A stretch of DNA of 64,000 nt, taken from the NCBI GenBank assembly GCA_024278595.1, contig JAJRSW010000099.1:5573-69572 (forward strand), read 5' to 3'. The notes beneath the pieces were generated by a model that saw only the letters and a program-made list of their open reading frames with translations, did not search any database and was not told where the DNA came from. Of this stretch, positions 40,613 to 50,181 are shown piece by piece; position 1 is the stretch's first letter; each line of letters opens with the position of its first letter. This DNA is from Fidelibacterota bacterium. Its GTDB lineage: Bacteria; Fidelibacterota; UBA8477; JABMPR01. The translations under genes and the position numbers were made by a program.

Positions 40613-43471
40613 ATGAATATTGACCTGCTTATTCTAAGCTCTGAGGTCTTGTTCTTTTATACCATAGTGCTGGGTTTGCATGCTTTGCGACGCCGAGTCA
40701 CCCTGGTTCCACTCTTGGCCCTAATGGGTGGTATTAGCGCCATAATGTACTGGGTTTCTGCCACAGGTCTTAGTGTTGAACTCCTCGGCCTCTCATTTTT
40801 TGTAAGCTCGACCGTCTTTTATACCTCATTATTGCTGGGAGTTTTTGTTATCTATCTTTTTGATGGGCCAGTAGCTACCAGAAATTCGATCGTGGTAATC
40901 ATTGCTGTGTCGGCGATGGTTCCGTTGATCAACCTGGGCTTGAACCTTCAAGCGGAATTGTCTGGTACTCCCATATTAGCTAATCTGCCAATGGCAAACC
41001 TGAGGATAAATTCGGTCTCGGTAATAGCGACTCTGATTGACCTTATATTTCTGGCGATCCTCTGGGAATATTTGAGTAAGTTAACATTCAATATTCCGCT
41101 CTATTTGCGTATCTATCTAACCCTACTAAGCATCATGTGGCTGGATGTACTTTTATTTGGAACCGGTGCTTTTGCCGGGTCGGGTTTTTACTGGGATTAC
41201 CTTAAAAACACTCTGTTAAGCCGGTTCATTATTTCAATCTTCACCTTTCCCATTCTCTGGGCATACATCGTCTGGCAGAATTCCAGACACAAGATCAGTG
41301 TCCAGGCAAGACCAGCCTGGAGGGTGCTTGGTGACATGGCGGAGATGAAACAGGAACTGCTGACCGCCAAACAGGAGTTGGCAGAGCAGAAAAAAAACGA
41401 AGATGTGATCCGCGAAAGTGAATTGCGATTTCGAAATTTATTTGAATATGCTCCCGTGGCACTATGGGAGGAGGATTTCTCTGTTGCCAAGGAAATTCTA
41501 AAACAACTTCAGACAGACGGGATTGTCGATATTGGGCAGTATCTGGACGATAACCCGGATGTCCTGGCCGATCTTGTACAAAAAGTCCGTATTGTTAATT
41601 GCAATCAAGCAGCCCTTGACCTGCACCAGGCAAAGGATAAAGCAGATCTTTATGAAAATCTGGATAATATTTTCACTCCGGAGTCATTTGTTACATTCAA
41701 GGCAGAGATGGTCGCCATTGCTGAAGATCAAAACGAGTTTGAATCTGAAGCAATTCTAAAAACAATTCAGGGTGAAGAACGCCATGTCCAATTAAAGTTG
41801 ATCACGTTGCGTACTGATGTACGCGACTACTCACGTACCTTGGTGGTAACTGCTGATATTACAGGGAACAAACTAGCCGAAGTAGCACTCAGGGATAGTG
41901 AAAAGAAGTTTCGGGATCTATTTGAAAAATCAGGTGATGCCAATTTGATCATTAGGAATGACCAGTTTGTGGACTGTAATCAGGCGACAGTGACCATGCT
42001 TGGTTATCTGAATAAAGCAGAAATGTTAAACACACACCCCGCCGAATTAAGTCCTGATGAGCAGCCTGATGGTCAAAAATCATTTGCAAAAGCTGAAGAA
42101 ATGATGCGTATTGCCGTCGCGAAAGGCAGTCATCGCTTTGAGTGGGTGCATCGGCGACAAAATGGAGCTACCTTTCCGGTGGAAGTCTTGCTGACTTTGA
42201 TCTCGGGTGATGGAGAGAACAAAATTATTCACACTGTTTGGCGAGATATCACCAGGCGTAAGCAGGCTGAGCAAGAAAAACTGGATTTCGAAAAAAAGAT
42301 CCTCCAAACTCAAAAGTTGGAAAGTTTGGGTGTGTTAGCTGGGGGGATCGCCCATGATTTTAATAACATTCTCATGGGGATATTGGGGTATGCAGATTTA
42401 GCTCTGTCATCTCTCAGTCCTTCATCACCAGCCAAAGAATATGTGGAGGGGATCAATAGCGCTTCCCGCAAGGCGGCCGATCTGATCAAACAAATGCTGG
42501 CGTATTCTGGTAAAGGGAAATTCACTCTGGAATCCATCAACCTCAATCATCTCATCCAGGAAACGGTTCAGATGTTGAGCATATCCATCTCCAAGAATGC
42601 AGTATTGAAATTTAATTATGCCCAGGACCCCGTCGTGTTGGAAGGTGATCCTTCCCAGATTCGCCAGATCATCATGAACCTGGTGATAAATGCTTCCGAA
42701 GCGATTGAGAAACACAGTGGGGTGATATCCCTGTCCACGGGTCAGATGTACTGTGACCAGGACTATATCGACAGTACCGGCTTTGCGGAGAAAGTCTCCC
42801 GGAAAGAGCCGCTGATTGAAGGCCTGTATGCATTTGTAGAGGTCTCAGATACTGGGATCGGTATGTCAAAGGATACAATTCATAGAATATTTGACCCTTT
42901 CTTTACCACTAAATTCACAGGCAGGGGGCTGGGATTATCAGCGGTACTTGGTATAGCCAATGGGCATCATGGTATGGTCAAGATCTATTCAGAAGAACAT
43001 AAGGGAACCTCGTTTAAAGTTCTGTTTCCATTGTATGAGGGCTCGATTGACGTCAATAAAATCAATGCATCCGAAGAGTTGGCAGAAAAATGGCAGGGTC
43101 GGGGTACCATCTTGATCGCGGACGATGAAGAAGCTGTCCGCAGCATTGGGAAGCACATGATCAGGAAACTGGGGTTTGAAGTATTGACTGCTGCGGATGG
43201 CCAGGAAGCTATTGAATTATTCAAGCAACACAGGAATGAAATTGTTGGCGTATTATTGGACTTAACCATGCCGCATAAGGATGGGGCAGAGGTCTTTCAA
43301 GAAATTCGTGGGATCAACCCTGATGTAAAAGTGATCCTGTCAAGTGGCTATAATGAGCAGGATGCCACCCAGCAATTTATTGGGAAGGGGCTGGCTGGTT
43401 TTATCCAGAAACCTTATGTCTCTGCGGATCTGGTAAAAAAAATAAAAGAGGTTATGGGTCAGGATTCATAG
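40613..43471 (+). CDS. Hybrid sensor histidine kinase (membrane domain, 2 PAS, HisKA/HATPase, receiver)
   Basis: LAGGIAHDFNN, NLVINASEA, DTGIGM, FFTTK..GRGLGL, ILIADDE, LDLTMP; ATG at 40613 with GGAG SD preferred over GTG at 40571. Confidence 0.93.
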   Translation: MNIDLLILSSEVLFFYTIVLGLHALRRRVTLVPLLALMGGISAIMYWVSATGLSVELLGLSFFVSSTVFYTSLLLGVFVIYLFDGPVATRNSIVVIIAVSAMVPLINLGLNLQAELSGTPILANLPMANLRINSVSVIATLIDLIFLAILWEYLSKLTFNIPLYLRIYLTLLSIMWLDVLLFGTGAFAGSGFYWDYLKNTLLSRFIISIFTFPILWAYIVWQNSRHKISVQARPAWRVLGDMAEMKQELLTAKQELAEQKKNEDVIRESELRFRNLFEYAPVALWEEDFSVAKEILKQLQTDGIVDIGQYLDDNPDVLADLVQKVRIVNCNQAALDLHQAKDKADLYENLDNIFTPESFVTFKAEMVAIAEDQNEFESEAILKTIQGEERHVQLKLITLRTDVRDYSRTLVVTADITGNKLAEVALRDSEKKFRDLFEKSGDANLIIRNDQFVDCNQATVTMLGYLNKAEMLNTHPAELSPDEQPDGQKSFAKAEEMMRIAVAKGSHRFEWVHRRQNGATFPVEVLLTLISGDGENKIIHTVWRDITRRKQAEQEKLDFEKKILQTQKLESLGVLAGGIAHDFNNILMGILGYADLALSSLSPSSPAKEYVEGINSASRKAADLIKQMLAYSGKGKFTLESINLNHLIQETVQMLSISISKNAVLKFNYAQDPVVLEGDPSQIRQIIMNLVINASEAIEKHSGVISLSTGQMYCDQDYIDSTGFAEKVSRKEPLIEGLYAFVEVSDTGIGMSKDTIHRIFDPFFTTKFTGRGLGLSAVLGIANGHHGMVKIYSEEHKGTSFKVLFPLYEGSIDVNKINASEELAEKWQGRGTILIADDEEAVRSIGKHMIRKLGFEVLTAADGQEAIELFKQHRNEIVGVLLDLTMPHKDGAEVFQEIRGINPDVKVILSSGYNEQDATQQFIGKGLAGFIQKPYVSADLVKKIKEVMGQDS

Positions 43472-43514
43472 ACGCCATTCTTCTAATCAAGAGTGGTCAG
43501 GTGAATTTTGAATA

Positions 43515-43787
43515 TTGACGCCCCCGCAAAAAGGATTTGCAAAAACACGGAATATACCCTATGCGCAATAAATACAACAACTTATGACAAATATATCTAA
43601 ACCTATAAATAATAACACTCCGCGTCATTTCGACCAGCGGTCCCTGAGCTCTGTCGAAGGGCGGTCCCTGAGCTCTGTCGAAGGGCGGTCCCTGAGCTCT
43701 GTCGAAGGGCGGTCCCTGAGCTCTGTCGAAGGACTCAACGCCACGCCTCGCGGCCTGTGGTAGAGGGACTTTCTGCGGAGGCGTTAA
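43515..43787 (-). mobile_element. MITE family B, copy 3 (4 perfect 24-bp tandem units at 43637-43732)
   Basis: (GCGGTCCCTGAGCTCTGTCGAAGG)x4 inside family-B termini, reverse orientation. Confidence 0.85.
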
Positions 43788-44068
43788 AATCGACCTTAAA
43801 ATATGCACATTGGCTGTGCTGAAAAGAATCGAATGAAGAAGTGAACATCTCGACCTGCGCAGGTTCAAAATTCGATACTCTACATTCAAAAAATGCTCCG
43901 AAGTCATAAAAAAGCACCAAAAGCTGCTTCACGCTATCGAAACCCAGGTTATATTTCGGGCGATGTCAGCTATTATCCTTCTGGAGTAAAAAAATATATC
44001 ATAGCAAGAATCGATGGGTCAAATATTAATCGATCTGTTAACAACCAATAAACAATGGTGGAACGAAA

Positions 44069-44893
44069 ATGGATTTGAATACAATTATTAACACGCCGCC
44101 CTGGGAGTGGGAAGACGGGACTGGCGAGTATCTCCTAACCATCATCAGGGATAAGCAAGCTGAAGGCGCTGCCAGACGGCGAGCCATAGAACTGTCAGGC
44201 AACCTGATCCTCATCAATGATGAGATTGCCATGACACTCATAAATATTCTCCTGGATACTGATGAGCCGGCTAATATTCGTGCAATGTCAGCAATTGGTC
44301 TGGGACCGGTGTTAGAGGAGATGGATATGTACGATTCGGATCTGCTTGACCTGCCCTATGAGGAGGAGGTTCCCATCTCAACCATGATTTATCACGAAAT
44401 AATGGGTACAATGAAAACCGTTTATGATGATGCGACAGCGCCCAAACAGGTCCGTCGACGTATCCTGGAAGCCTCAATCCTCTCACGACAGGAATGGCAC
44501 CAAAATGCCATTGAAACAGCCTATGCCAGCGATGATCTGGATTGGGTAATTACGGCCGTATTCTGTATGCAATCAATTTCAGGTTTTGATGAGCAGATCC
44601 TGGAAGCCCTGGAACATGAGAATCCCATCGTTCACCGTAACGCTGTCCTGGGAGCTGGATTGTGGGAACTGAAAGCGGCACAGAAACATGTCGTTAGAAT
44701 TCTAGAAAATGAGAAAGAAGATCTGGATCTGCTTCTGACAGCAATTGAGGCCATCGTTGAACTGGCCCCTGCCGAGGCCGGGATCTATCTACTTGATTTA
44801 GCTGATTGGAAAGATGAACAAATAGCTGAAGCGGCCAATGACGCCATGATGGAAGCCGCCATGCTGTCAGAAATGGAGGAAATGGATTTATAG
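44069..44893 (+). CDS. Acidic HEAT-repeat-like hypothetical protein
   Basis: Repeated helical motifs (IRAMSAIGLG, VRRRILEA, VHRNAVLGAG); very D/E-rich. Confidence 0.7.
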   Translation: MDLNTIINTPPWEWEDGTGEYLLTIIRDKQAEGAARRRAIELSGNLILINDEIAMTLINILLDTDEPANIRAMSAIGLGPVLEEMDMYDSDLLDLPYEEEVPISTMIYHEIMGTMKTVYDDATAPKQVRRRILEASILSRQEWHQNAIETAYASDDLDWVITAVFCMQSISGFDEQILEALEHENPIVHRNAVLGAGLWELKAAQKHVVRILENEKEDLDLLLTAIEAIVELAPAEAGIYLLDLADWKDEQIAEAANDAMMEAAMLSEMEEMDL

Positions 44894-45077
44894 CTCCAGA
44901 ATATTAAGGGGTCCCTGCACTGCGTCTTCACCCTGCCGGTTTGGGCTTGCGCCTTCAGATTGTTTGTGATGGCAATAGGCCGACTCGATATAAGATAATC
45001 ACATTATCTTACTGCTGTTTTAGCACCCGCTCTTGAATCGTCTGGATAAGTTGAAAATATTTCCTCATTTTTCAAGC

Positions 45078-45278
45078 TTGATGCCCCCGCAGAAAGTCCC
45101 TCTCGCAGAGGCCGCAGAGCGTTGCATTGAGTCCTTCGACTGAGCTCAGGAACCGCCTGTCGAAATGGCGCAAAGTGTTGTTATTTATTGCTTTACGTGT
45201 ATTTGTCGTAAGCGGTTGTATTTAAAGGTTATAGGGCATATTCTGTGGTTTTCTAAATACTTTTTGCGAGCTCATCAA
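45078..45278 (+). mobile_element. MITE family B, copy 4 (1 internal unit), followed by a truncated left end at 45281-45305
   Basis: TTGATGCCCCCGCAGAAAG ... CTTTTTGCGAGCTCATCAA, then TTGATGTCCCCGCAGAAAGTCCCTC. Confidence 0.85.
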
Positions 45279-45336
45279 ACTTGATGTCCCCGCAGAAAGT
45301 CCCTCGCCGACACGATTGTCGGGATGAGGATTTTAA

Positions 45337-45387
45337 GTGTGCCACACTGAGTTCATCGAAGTGTGCCACACTGAGTTCATCGAAGTG
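45337..45387. repeat. Tandem 24-bp repeat (x2) with CTGAG..TCGAAG core
   Basis: GTGTGCCACACTGAGTTCATCGAA x2. Confidence 0.8.
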
Positions 45388-45459
45388 CAGAAAAATGAGG
45401 AAAGATGCAGAAGTTGAATGCAGTTTTGCTGTTTAATTGGTATTAGATATTGACAATTA

Positions 45460-45602
45460 CAATTACCCCAGGCTTCAGCCTGGGGATAATAAGTCACTAA
45501 TAATATAGAGCATTAGCCCAACTACATTGCCAGTAATCGGGGGCTAAAGCCCGATAATTATCCTGGAAACAACCCCCCCACGCTGAAGCGTGGGGTAATT
45601 GA
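45460..45602. repeat. Compound REP (BIME-like) palindromic element
   Basis: CAATTACCCCAGGCTTCAGCCTGGGG ... GGGCTAAAGCCC ... CCCCACGCTGAAGCGTGGGGTAATTG. Confidence 0.75.
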
Positions 45603-45677
45603 TCCTATGCTATCAGGCAAGTCGGTATAAATTGATCAAGCGAAGCATATTGTGAGACACTCAAGTAATTATTAGGG

Positions 45678-46856
45678 ATGACGATGACAGAATTACCCTT
45701 TGGCCTAAGTAAGCAAACCTTTGATGAATTACAGAAGTTATCAACTCCATTTATGCTGTTCGACTTAAATAGAATCGCAAAAAATATTTCCTTGTTAAAA
45801 AAGCATTTACCCCAGGCCCAGATATTCTACTCCATGAAAGCCAATAGCCTGCGACCTGTTTTGGATACCATGTTTCAAAATGGAACCGGATTTGAGATCA
45901 ATACGATGGAAGAATTATCCAGATTGGGTAAACTAGGAGATCTTCGACCGAATATCATCAATAGTTCAACCGTATTGTCTGCTACGGATATTCGTGGCTT
46001 TTATCATAGGGGTGTGCGCCAATTTTGTGCAGATCGGCGATCCCAATTAACGAATTTAGGGATCAATGCTCCAGGGGCTGAGGTTTTAATTCGGTTGAAG
46101 GTGCCTGAGGCAGGCAGCCGCTTTGCTGTAAATTCACGGTTTGGGGCAAAACCAGATCAAGTCTCCGAGCTGATTAGTTATGCAGAAGAAGTTGGCCTGA
46201 GGGTGAACGGTCTTCACTTTCATGTGGGATCCCAATGTTTAAATTCTGAAAATTGGAAAAGTGGAATACAGATGGCGGCTGATTGGTTCACTCAACACCC
46301 ACACCTGAAAATATTAAATGTCGGTGGGGGATTACCCTCCACTGAAAATGGGGATAGCACTTTAATCACTGAGATTTTGGGAGCAATCCAACAGACAGTG
46401 GAAACGGTGTTTGACAGGCCTCCGGAATTGTACATTGAATCAGGGCGCTTTTTGGTTGCAAATTCAGCAGTACTGGGATCGTCTGTGATCCAATTGGAAG
46501 CAGGGGCAGAACTCAGTATCGCGACTCTGGATATATCGGTATTTTCGGGATTGTTGGAGATCTTTGAAAGTAAACTTGCCATGGAGTATCCGGTCTGGTC
46601 AGATGGTGATGGTCCTCTTAGTACTTACCGATTAGAAGGGCCAACCTGTGCTGGAAATGATGTGTTGAGCCGACCCGTAAATTTATCAGAGCTGGTGGTT
46701 GACTATCGGTCAGGAGTTCCGTGTACGAAGGTCTACTTTGGAAATACGGGTGCTTATAGTATTGACTATGTCAGAGGCATTCAAAGCGGTTTCAATGGCT
46801 CACGAATTCCCAGCATCCTCACCTTAAAAGATTCGAAGGTGACAAAGTTTGGGTGA
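45678..46856 (+). CDS. Fold-type III PLP-dependent decarboxylase (ornithine/lysine/DAP decarboxylase family)
   Basis: TPF..FD, YSMKAN, RFGA, HFHVGSQ, LNVGGG, ESGRF, GPTCAGND, GAY. Confidence 0.88.
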   Translation: MTMTELPFGLSKQTFDELQKLSTPFMLFDLNRIAKNISLLKKHLPQAQIFYSMKANSLRPVLDTMFQNGTGFEINTMEELSRLGKLGDLRPNIINSSTVLSATDIRGFYHRGVRQFCADRRSQLTNLGINAPGAEVLIRLKVPEAGSRFAVNSRFGAKPDQVSELISYAEEVGLRVNGLHFHVGSQCLNSENWKSGIQMAADWFTQHPHLKILNVGGGLPSTENGDSTLITEILGAIQQTVETVFDRPPELYIESGRFLVANSAVLGSSVIQLEAGAELSIATLDISVFSGLLEIFESKLAMEYPVWSDGDGPLSTYRLEGPTCAGNDVLSRPVNLSELVVDYRSGVPCTKVYFGNTGAYSIDYVRGIQSGFNGSRIPSILTLKDSKVTKFG

Positions 46857-47442
46857 GATCCAGGTAGAGATCCGTCCCGTCACCGATATAGCAGCTCAGC
46901 AACTGGAGTACCAGGTGTTCTTGGAGGCTGGCTATATAGATCCCAATCAGGAACAGCTGGTACTGGAATATGCAAAATACTCAAGATCAGAATTTATCAT
47001 TACCCGGGATGGCCCCCAGCTGACCGGTGTGGTTCGACTCATATATGCAAATGATGAGCGTCCCACACGGGGTCTGCCAACTCTGGAAAATTTTAATCTA
47101 TATGATGAGTGGCAAGCTAAAATAACACGATTAGCGACCCGCAGGCTGGGTGAATTTGGGACCCTGGCTGTTCTCAAAGCATATCGAGGAGGGCGCTCGA
47201 CTTATCTGCTAAAACAGAAGCTCATCCTCCACCCTGTTTTAAAAGGGTATCGATATGGGGTTAGTCTCATAGATGAGGGACTCCTGAAGCACCTGGTGAA
47301 AGGGGGCTACCCCCTTAAACAGATCGGCGATAAGCGTTATTATATGGGCTCTGTGACCGTACCTGTGCTGGGGAGTGTTTATCACCTACCCAGAACCTTG
47401 CGAACCTGGGTGTGGAACTTTATGTTACGCTCCGGGCGTTAA
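46849..47442 (+). CDS. GNAT-fold acyltransferase, FeeM/N-acyl amino acid synthase-like
   Basis: QLEYQVFLEAGY, GVVRLI, GLPTL, EFGTLAV..AYRG, IG..RYYMG. Confidence 0.6.
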   Translation: MGEIQVEIRPVTDIAAQQLEYQVFLEAGYIDPNQEQLVLEYAKYSRSEFIITRDGPQLTGVVRLIYANDERPTRGLPTLENFNLYDEWQAKITRLATRRLGEFGTLAVLKAYRGGRSTYLLKQKLILHPVLKGYRYGVSLIDEGLLKHLVKGGYPLKQIGDKRYYMGSVTVPVLGSVYHLPRTLRTWVWNFMLRSGR

Positions 47443-48845
47443 TGCTTCAATCTTTTAGCCGGGTAAAAATGTTCCCCCCAAATGATCATCTTTAACATGA
47501 AGAAAGCTAGTTTAGTGGATCCCATGACAATTCTGAACATGGTGCCAAGACTAAATTTATTCACCAAATAGCCCAAATTATTATTCACATAATTGATATA
47601 CAGACTGGAAAGTAACATCTGGAATAAATAGCTGCGGACGCTCATTTTTCCGGGGCGAATGATCATTTGTCCAAATGTCCAAAAATGGTAATCCTCTTTA
47701 TCGACCAGCAATCGATCTTTATATTCATGATAGATTGGGAGGTTAGGGAAGGGGGTTAAAGGGCTAAAAGTACATATTTCAGGTTTTAGCGTTCGCATAT
47801 ATTGCCTGAACAAACGAAAATCTGCCTGATCCCAGTCCGGGTGAAAAATAAAGGAAGCCCAACAATCCACTTTTATATCCTTAAGTAATTTACTGGCTTC
47901 CAAATTATCATCCACCGATGATTTTTTATGATAGTCAGCCAACTCACTATCTTTGAATGATTCGTAACCTACCAGCACAGCGCGAAGACCATTATGGGCA
48001 AATTGGGTTACTGCCTTTGTGTTGGTTAAAAGACCATGAACACTACCGTAACAAATGAAATTTTTTGAAATGTTTTCCGCTTCCAGGAGCGTACAGAACT
48101 TTTCAAGTCGCGGACCATTATTTAGAAAATCATTATCATAAATCATAATGGTCGGTTCCTGGATATCTTTGATCTGCTGGATCACCTCATTTAGGTCTAT
48201 ATCCACTTCATGGCCGCCTTCAATGCGCCAACGTAGACAGAAATGACAGCCCTTGCTGCACCCCAGTGAGGTTTGCATAATGGCAGCCGGCTGATAGCCA
48301 AAATAATTGTAATGTTGGCGGTAGACTTGAGTGGATTGGCGGTCTGGGACAATATATTCATTATAGCCCTTATTCCCTGAAAAAGCAAATTCAAGCTGTT
48401 TGCTGCGAATACCATCAATGATCGGTACGGCAGTACCAGATGCCAGGAGGGTGAAGAGTTGGCCAATGTTTGCCCGGGTGGTATACTGGAAAATGTGATC
48501 AATTTCAGGTTTAAAAAATGCCTCTGGAGCCAGATAAGTTTGGGTTCCTCCCACAATGGTAACGATGGCAGGTCGGATTTCTTTCACTTGCCTGGCCAGT
48601 TTGAGAGCTGCTGGTACATCCACACACAGGGTTGTGAAACCAACGACTTCCGGGTGCCATTTTTTGATAATATGGGGGAGTGATCCAGGATCATCGATCA
48701 TGAGATCAAGGATTCTGATGTCATGCTCATTTTTTAAAACAGCAGCAAGTATTTCAAGCCCGATCGGTTCGCTGAACATGAATTCGCCCAGGGTGACAGC
48801 CTGTTTCATTCTGGGAGGTCGAATAAGTAATACTTTCAATGTCAA
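47439..48845 (-). CDS. B12-binding radical SAM protein 4
   Basis: LLIRP..EPIGLE, IVGGT, GCSKGCHFC, YDNDF, VGYES, TPFP. Confidence 0.92.
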   Translation of the reverse strand: MTLKVLLIRPPRMKQAVTLGEFMFSEPIGLEILAAVLKNEHDIRILDLMIDDPGSLPHIIKKWHPEVVGFTTLCVDVPAALKLARQVKEIRPAIVTIVGGTQTYLAPEAFFKPEIDHIFQYTTRANIGQLFTLLASGTAVPIIDGIRSKQLEFAFSGNKGYNEYIVPDRQSTQVYRQHYNYFGYQPAAIMQTSLGCSKGCHFCLRWRIEGGHEVDIDLNEVIQQIKDIQEPTIMIYDNDFLNNGPRLEKFCTLLEAENISKNFICYGSVHGLLTNTKAVTQFAHNGLRAVLVGYESFKDSELADYHKKSSVDDNLEASKLLKDIKVDCWASFIFHPDWDQADFRLFRQYMRTLKPEICTFSPLTPFPNLPIYHEYKDRLLVDKEDYHFWTFGQMIIRPGKMSVRSYLFQMLLSSLYINYVNNNLGYLVNKFSLGTMFRIVMGSTKLAFFMLKMIIWGEHFYPAKRLKH

Positions 48846-48854
48846 TTGCTCCTG

Positions 48855-50180
48855 CTAAATGATATTGGGAGTGATCCTGCGCTTGATCTGTTGTTTATAA
48901 TACAAATTGACCATCAGATAAAAGAGGTGTCGTAAGGGGTGCCTCAGAAACCCGTAATGATAAAATACCCGACTTAAAATATTGGGAATGGAGAATACGT
49001 CCTCATATAGATCCCAATAAGCTTTTGTAAGCTCGTCAGCACTCATATTCTTGGGGTCGTGAACCGCAGTTGTACTATCATAGCTAAAGTAGTCGTGATT
49101 GATAATCCGGTCATCACGTAACATCTCAGCGTGAAACTCAGTGCCGGGAATGGGGGTTAGAATATAGAACCGTGGTACCACCACCCGATTTTCCCGTACA
49201 AATGCCGCAGTTGCCTGTATGGAAGCCAAAGTATCACCGTCAGCACCAACAACCATCTCGGTTGATATATCAATCCCCGCTTGACGAATCTTTTTGAGCT
49301 GTGAATGATACCTGGAAACTTTGCCCCAGCTTTTTCCCATGGCATTCATACTATCCTGGGAAATACTTTCTAAGCCAAAACTCAGCCCGATGCAGCCGCT
49401 GTCAGCCACTGCCTGTAGCAATTTATCGTTATCAGCCAAGGTGATTGAACATTGCGAGAACCATTCCATTTTCAGTTTAGAGATCTCCTGGCATAGTTCT
49501 ATAGCATAGGTCGGGTCAGAGACCAGGTTATCATCCAGGAGCAAAAACTTCTTAAATCCCAGAGACTTTATCTGACTGATGTCCCTGATCACGCTGGCTA
49601 TACTGCGTTTATAATAGCGTCTTTGATAGAGGCAATACACGGAACAAAAGGAGCAGGCGTGGGGACATCCACGGGCGGCCTGAACCGGGAGAAAATCACC
49701 GATAGATTTATCAAGCAGGAGTTCATAACGAGGCAGGGGGGGGTCAAATATGGCTAGCTGGCGATCATAGACCTTTTTTAGACAGCCATTTTCAAAATCC
49801 TGCAAGACTTCGGGCCATAGCTCATCTGCATCACCTACGATTACAGCATCACTATAATCCTGAGCCTCTTCCTGCATGAGACTGGCCATATACCCGCCGG
49901 TGATCACAGTTTTACCCAGGCGGTGAAATTCCTTAGCTATGTCAATGGATCGATGTACGGCATGTCCCATGGTACCGATACCGATCAAATTAGCATCCGT
50001 GTCGAAAGGGAGCTCGTCAATGGTCTCCAGACAGATCTCAACCTCCCAATGGTCAGGTGTAACGGCTGCCAGCAGGGGAAAGGTAAGCCCCACAAAATAC
50101 AAGCGCTTCTTTTTAATGACCTGCCCTTCCCGGTCGTATGGAGAGGGTTGGATGAACAGGACCTTGTATCGTTTTGGCAT
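48855..50180 (-). CDS. B12-binding radical SAM protein 3
   Basis: LFIQP, GGYMASL, RGCPHACSFC, LDDN, FGLES, TPIPGT; ATG at 50180 abuts the upstream stop. Confidence 0.92.
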   Translation of the reverse strand: MPKRYKVLFIQPSPYDREGQVIKKKRLYFVGLTFPLLAAVTPDHWEVEICLETIDELPFDTDANLIGIGTMGHAVHRSIDIAKEFHRLGKTVITGGYMASLMQEEAQDYSDAVIVGDADELWPEVLQDFENGCLKKVYDRQLAIFDPPLPRYELLLDKSIGDFLPVQAARGCPHACSFCSVYCLYQRRYYKRSIASVIRDISQIKSLGFKKFLLLDDNLVSDPTYAIELCQEISKLKMEWFSQCSITLADNDKLLQAVADSGCIGLSFGLESISQDSMNAMGKSWGKVSRYHSQLKKIRQAGIDISTEMVVGADGDTLASIQATAAFVRENRVVVPRFYILTPIPGTEFHAEMLRDDRIINHDYFSYDSTTAVHDPKNMSADELTKAYWDLYEDVFSIPNILSRVFYHYGFLRHPLRHLFYLMVNLYYKQQIKRRITPNII

Positions 50181-50181
50181 A

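Noticed and set aside
43637..43732. Four 24-bp direct repeats as a CRISPR array
   Set aside because: Units are contiguous with no spacers, lie inside a MITE, and no cas genes are present.
43497..43907. ORF with PFDRAQGP repeats as a RiPP precursor for the rSAM operon
   Set aside because: The peptide repeat is simply the translation of the 24-bp MITE-internal DNA repeat.
44894..45077. Possible small RNA or gene after the HEAT-like protein
   Set aside because: Only very short ORFs and no recognisable RNA motif.
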